From Squalus acanthias (lineage: Eukaryota), in contig CM059432.1 of assembly GCA_030390025.1 (NCBI GenBank), positions 117,244,001 to 117,308,000 of the forward strand: DNA of 64,000 bases, written 5' to 3'. Both the position numbers and the translations under genes were made by a program. This document shows positions 62,775 through 64,000 of the stretch, in pieces; position 1 is the stretch's first letter; every line of letters begins with the position of its first letter. The notes under the pieces were generated by a model, which was given only the letters and a program-made list of their open reading frames with translations, did not search any database and was not told the DNA's origin.

Positions 62775-64000
62775 TCAGCTATTCCACCATGACAGCCACA
62801 TTGTCCAAACTCCTCACAAGACTCTCACTAAGACATTTCACTCTTTCTTGCAGGAGAAGGTCGCACACAACACCAGGCAACAGGCTGCCACCATTGAAGG
62901 AAGAGCCGCCTGCACACCCTCTCCCCCCTTGAAGTGAACATCTTGGCAGCAATGGGAAGGGGCAGTGCAGAGGCCATGACCACTGGTGACGCCGGAGGAG
63001 ATACCATGCAGAGTTTCTTTATAACTAATCCTCTTTGTCCCTTCTGATTTCTTCCTTGCCCCACACACTCTGCATGACAAGCTGCAGATGCTTTCAAGCC
63101 CGCTTTTCTTTCTCTGCTCTCCCTCACACAACAAGCTAACCTTTGTCCCTTTCTTTGATTTCAGCTGCTGAGAAAATCAATTCCCCTCAGTCAGTGGAGA
63201 AAGAGGAGCGCAGTGTTGCAGAAGATGCATCATCACTTGATCTGAGCCAGTTCAGATACTGACACCAGTGGAGTTTAGAGGTTGGTTTTGGAGGGATCCG
63301 CACGTGGTAAGCCAGAGCAGGGGAAAAGGACGGCACAGGGGTCAGCTCACCGGAGAACGGGGTACATAGTAGTTCTTCTGCAGAGGACTCAGATGCAGAC
63401 TTCAATGGCCCAGGCTATGGAAAAGGCTCATGGACACACACCAGGAAATGCTCGGTACACTGGGCAGCCTGCCGGAGAACTTGCGCACAGTGTTGGGGAG
63501 CATGGAGGACTCCAGCTCCAACTTGTCTCAAGACTTTGCACAGCACATGGAGACCACTCTGTCCAAGATGGACCAAGTGGTCAGCTCCATCAGCACTGCA
63601 GTGGAAGCCACCATGATAGAACGTCTTATGACAACTCTGACAGCTTCCATGGCAGCACAAATTGGAAGCTCATTTGGCTACTATGGCAACTCACACTGTT
63701 GGTATGGATGCTCAGATGGTTGAACGGGACTTCTAGGGCATCACATCACTCTGTTCTCCAGCAAAGCATTACAAGTGCTGAAGCTCCGCCCCAGAAGAGT
63801 GACCTTGGCTCCATGGGAGAGGCACCTGCTGTCCTCACTCAGGATGACAGCATGCTTGCTCCCGAGCCAGTGCCCTTGCTGGTGCCATTCAGCCAGCCGG
63901 CCCAGAGTGCTGCAGTACTTGCTGAGATGGTGCAGTTTGTAGCTGGGACCTTTAGGCCCAGAGCTGCTCGAGATCATCCTCCAAGGCCATCTGCAAGTGT
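62478..64000 (+). mobile_element. Harbinger Myb/SANT gene remnant, running off the window end
   Basis: QCWKKFNDL followed by a GTAAGA donor (62549); acceptors at ~62853 and ~63163; exon 3 homologous to 12933-13577. Confidence 0.75.
62720..62771. repeat. (CA)n microsatellite
   Basis: Directly visible. Confidence 0.95.

Overview
This is eukaryotic, repeat-dominated vertebrate DNA. A cartilaginous fish (shark) is the most likely source, inferred from an HE1/V-SINE, a Deu-domain-type SINE and many CR1 LINEs. No intact host gene is recognisable, so the window looks intronic or intergenic. It is a layered stack of decayed transposable elements: CR1 LINEs (one near full length, one split by about eight later insertions), a second CR1/L2-group LINE family, a Vingi/Ingi-like LINE fragment, and two Penelope-like (GIY-YIG) families whose terminal repeats carry minimal hammerhead ribozyme motifs. 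It also holds several PIF/Harbinger elements (spliced Myb/SANT gene convergent with a DDE transposase), their MITEs, two hAT MITEs, three ~1.6-1.7 kb solo LTRs with 4-bp TSDs, a 45-bp minisatellite and a degenerate (CCCTAA)n tract. The most notable signals are the hammerhead motifs with stem covariation, small TSD-flanked palindromic Penelope-derived insertions, a hairpin conserved across otherwise dissimilar LTRs, and the nested insertion chronology. All family assignments come from reading motifs by eye, not from database searches.
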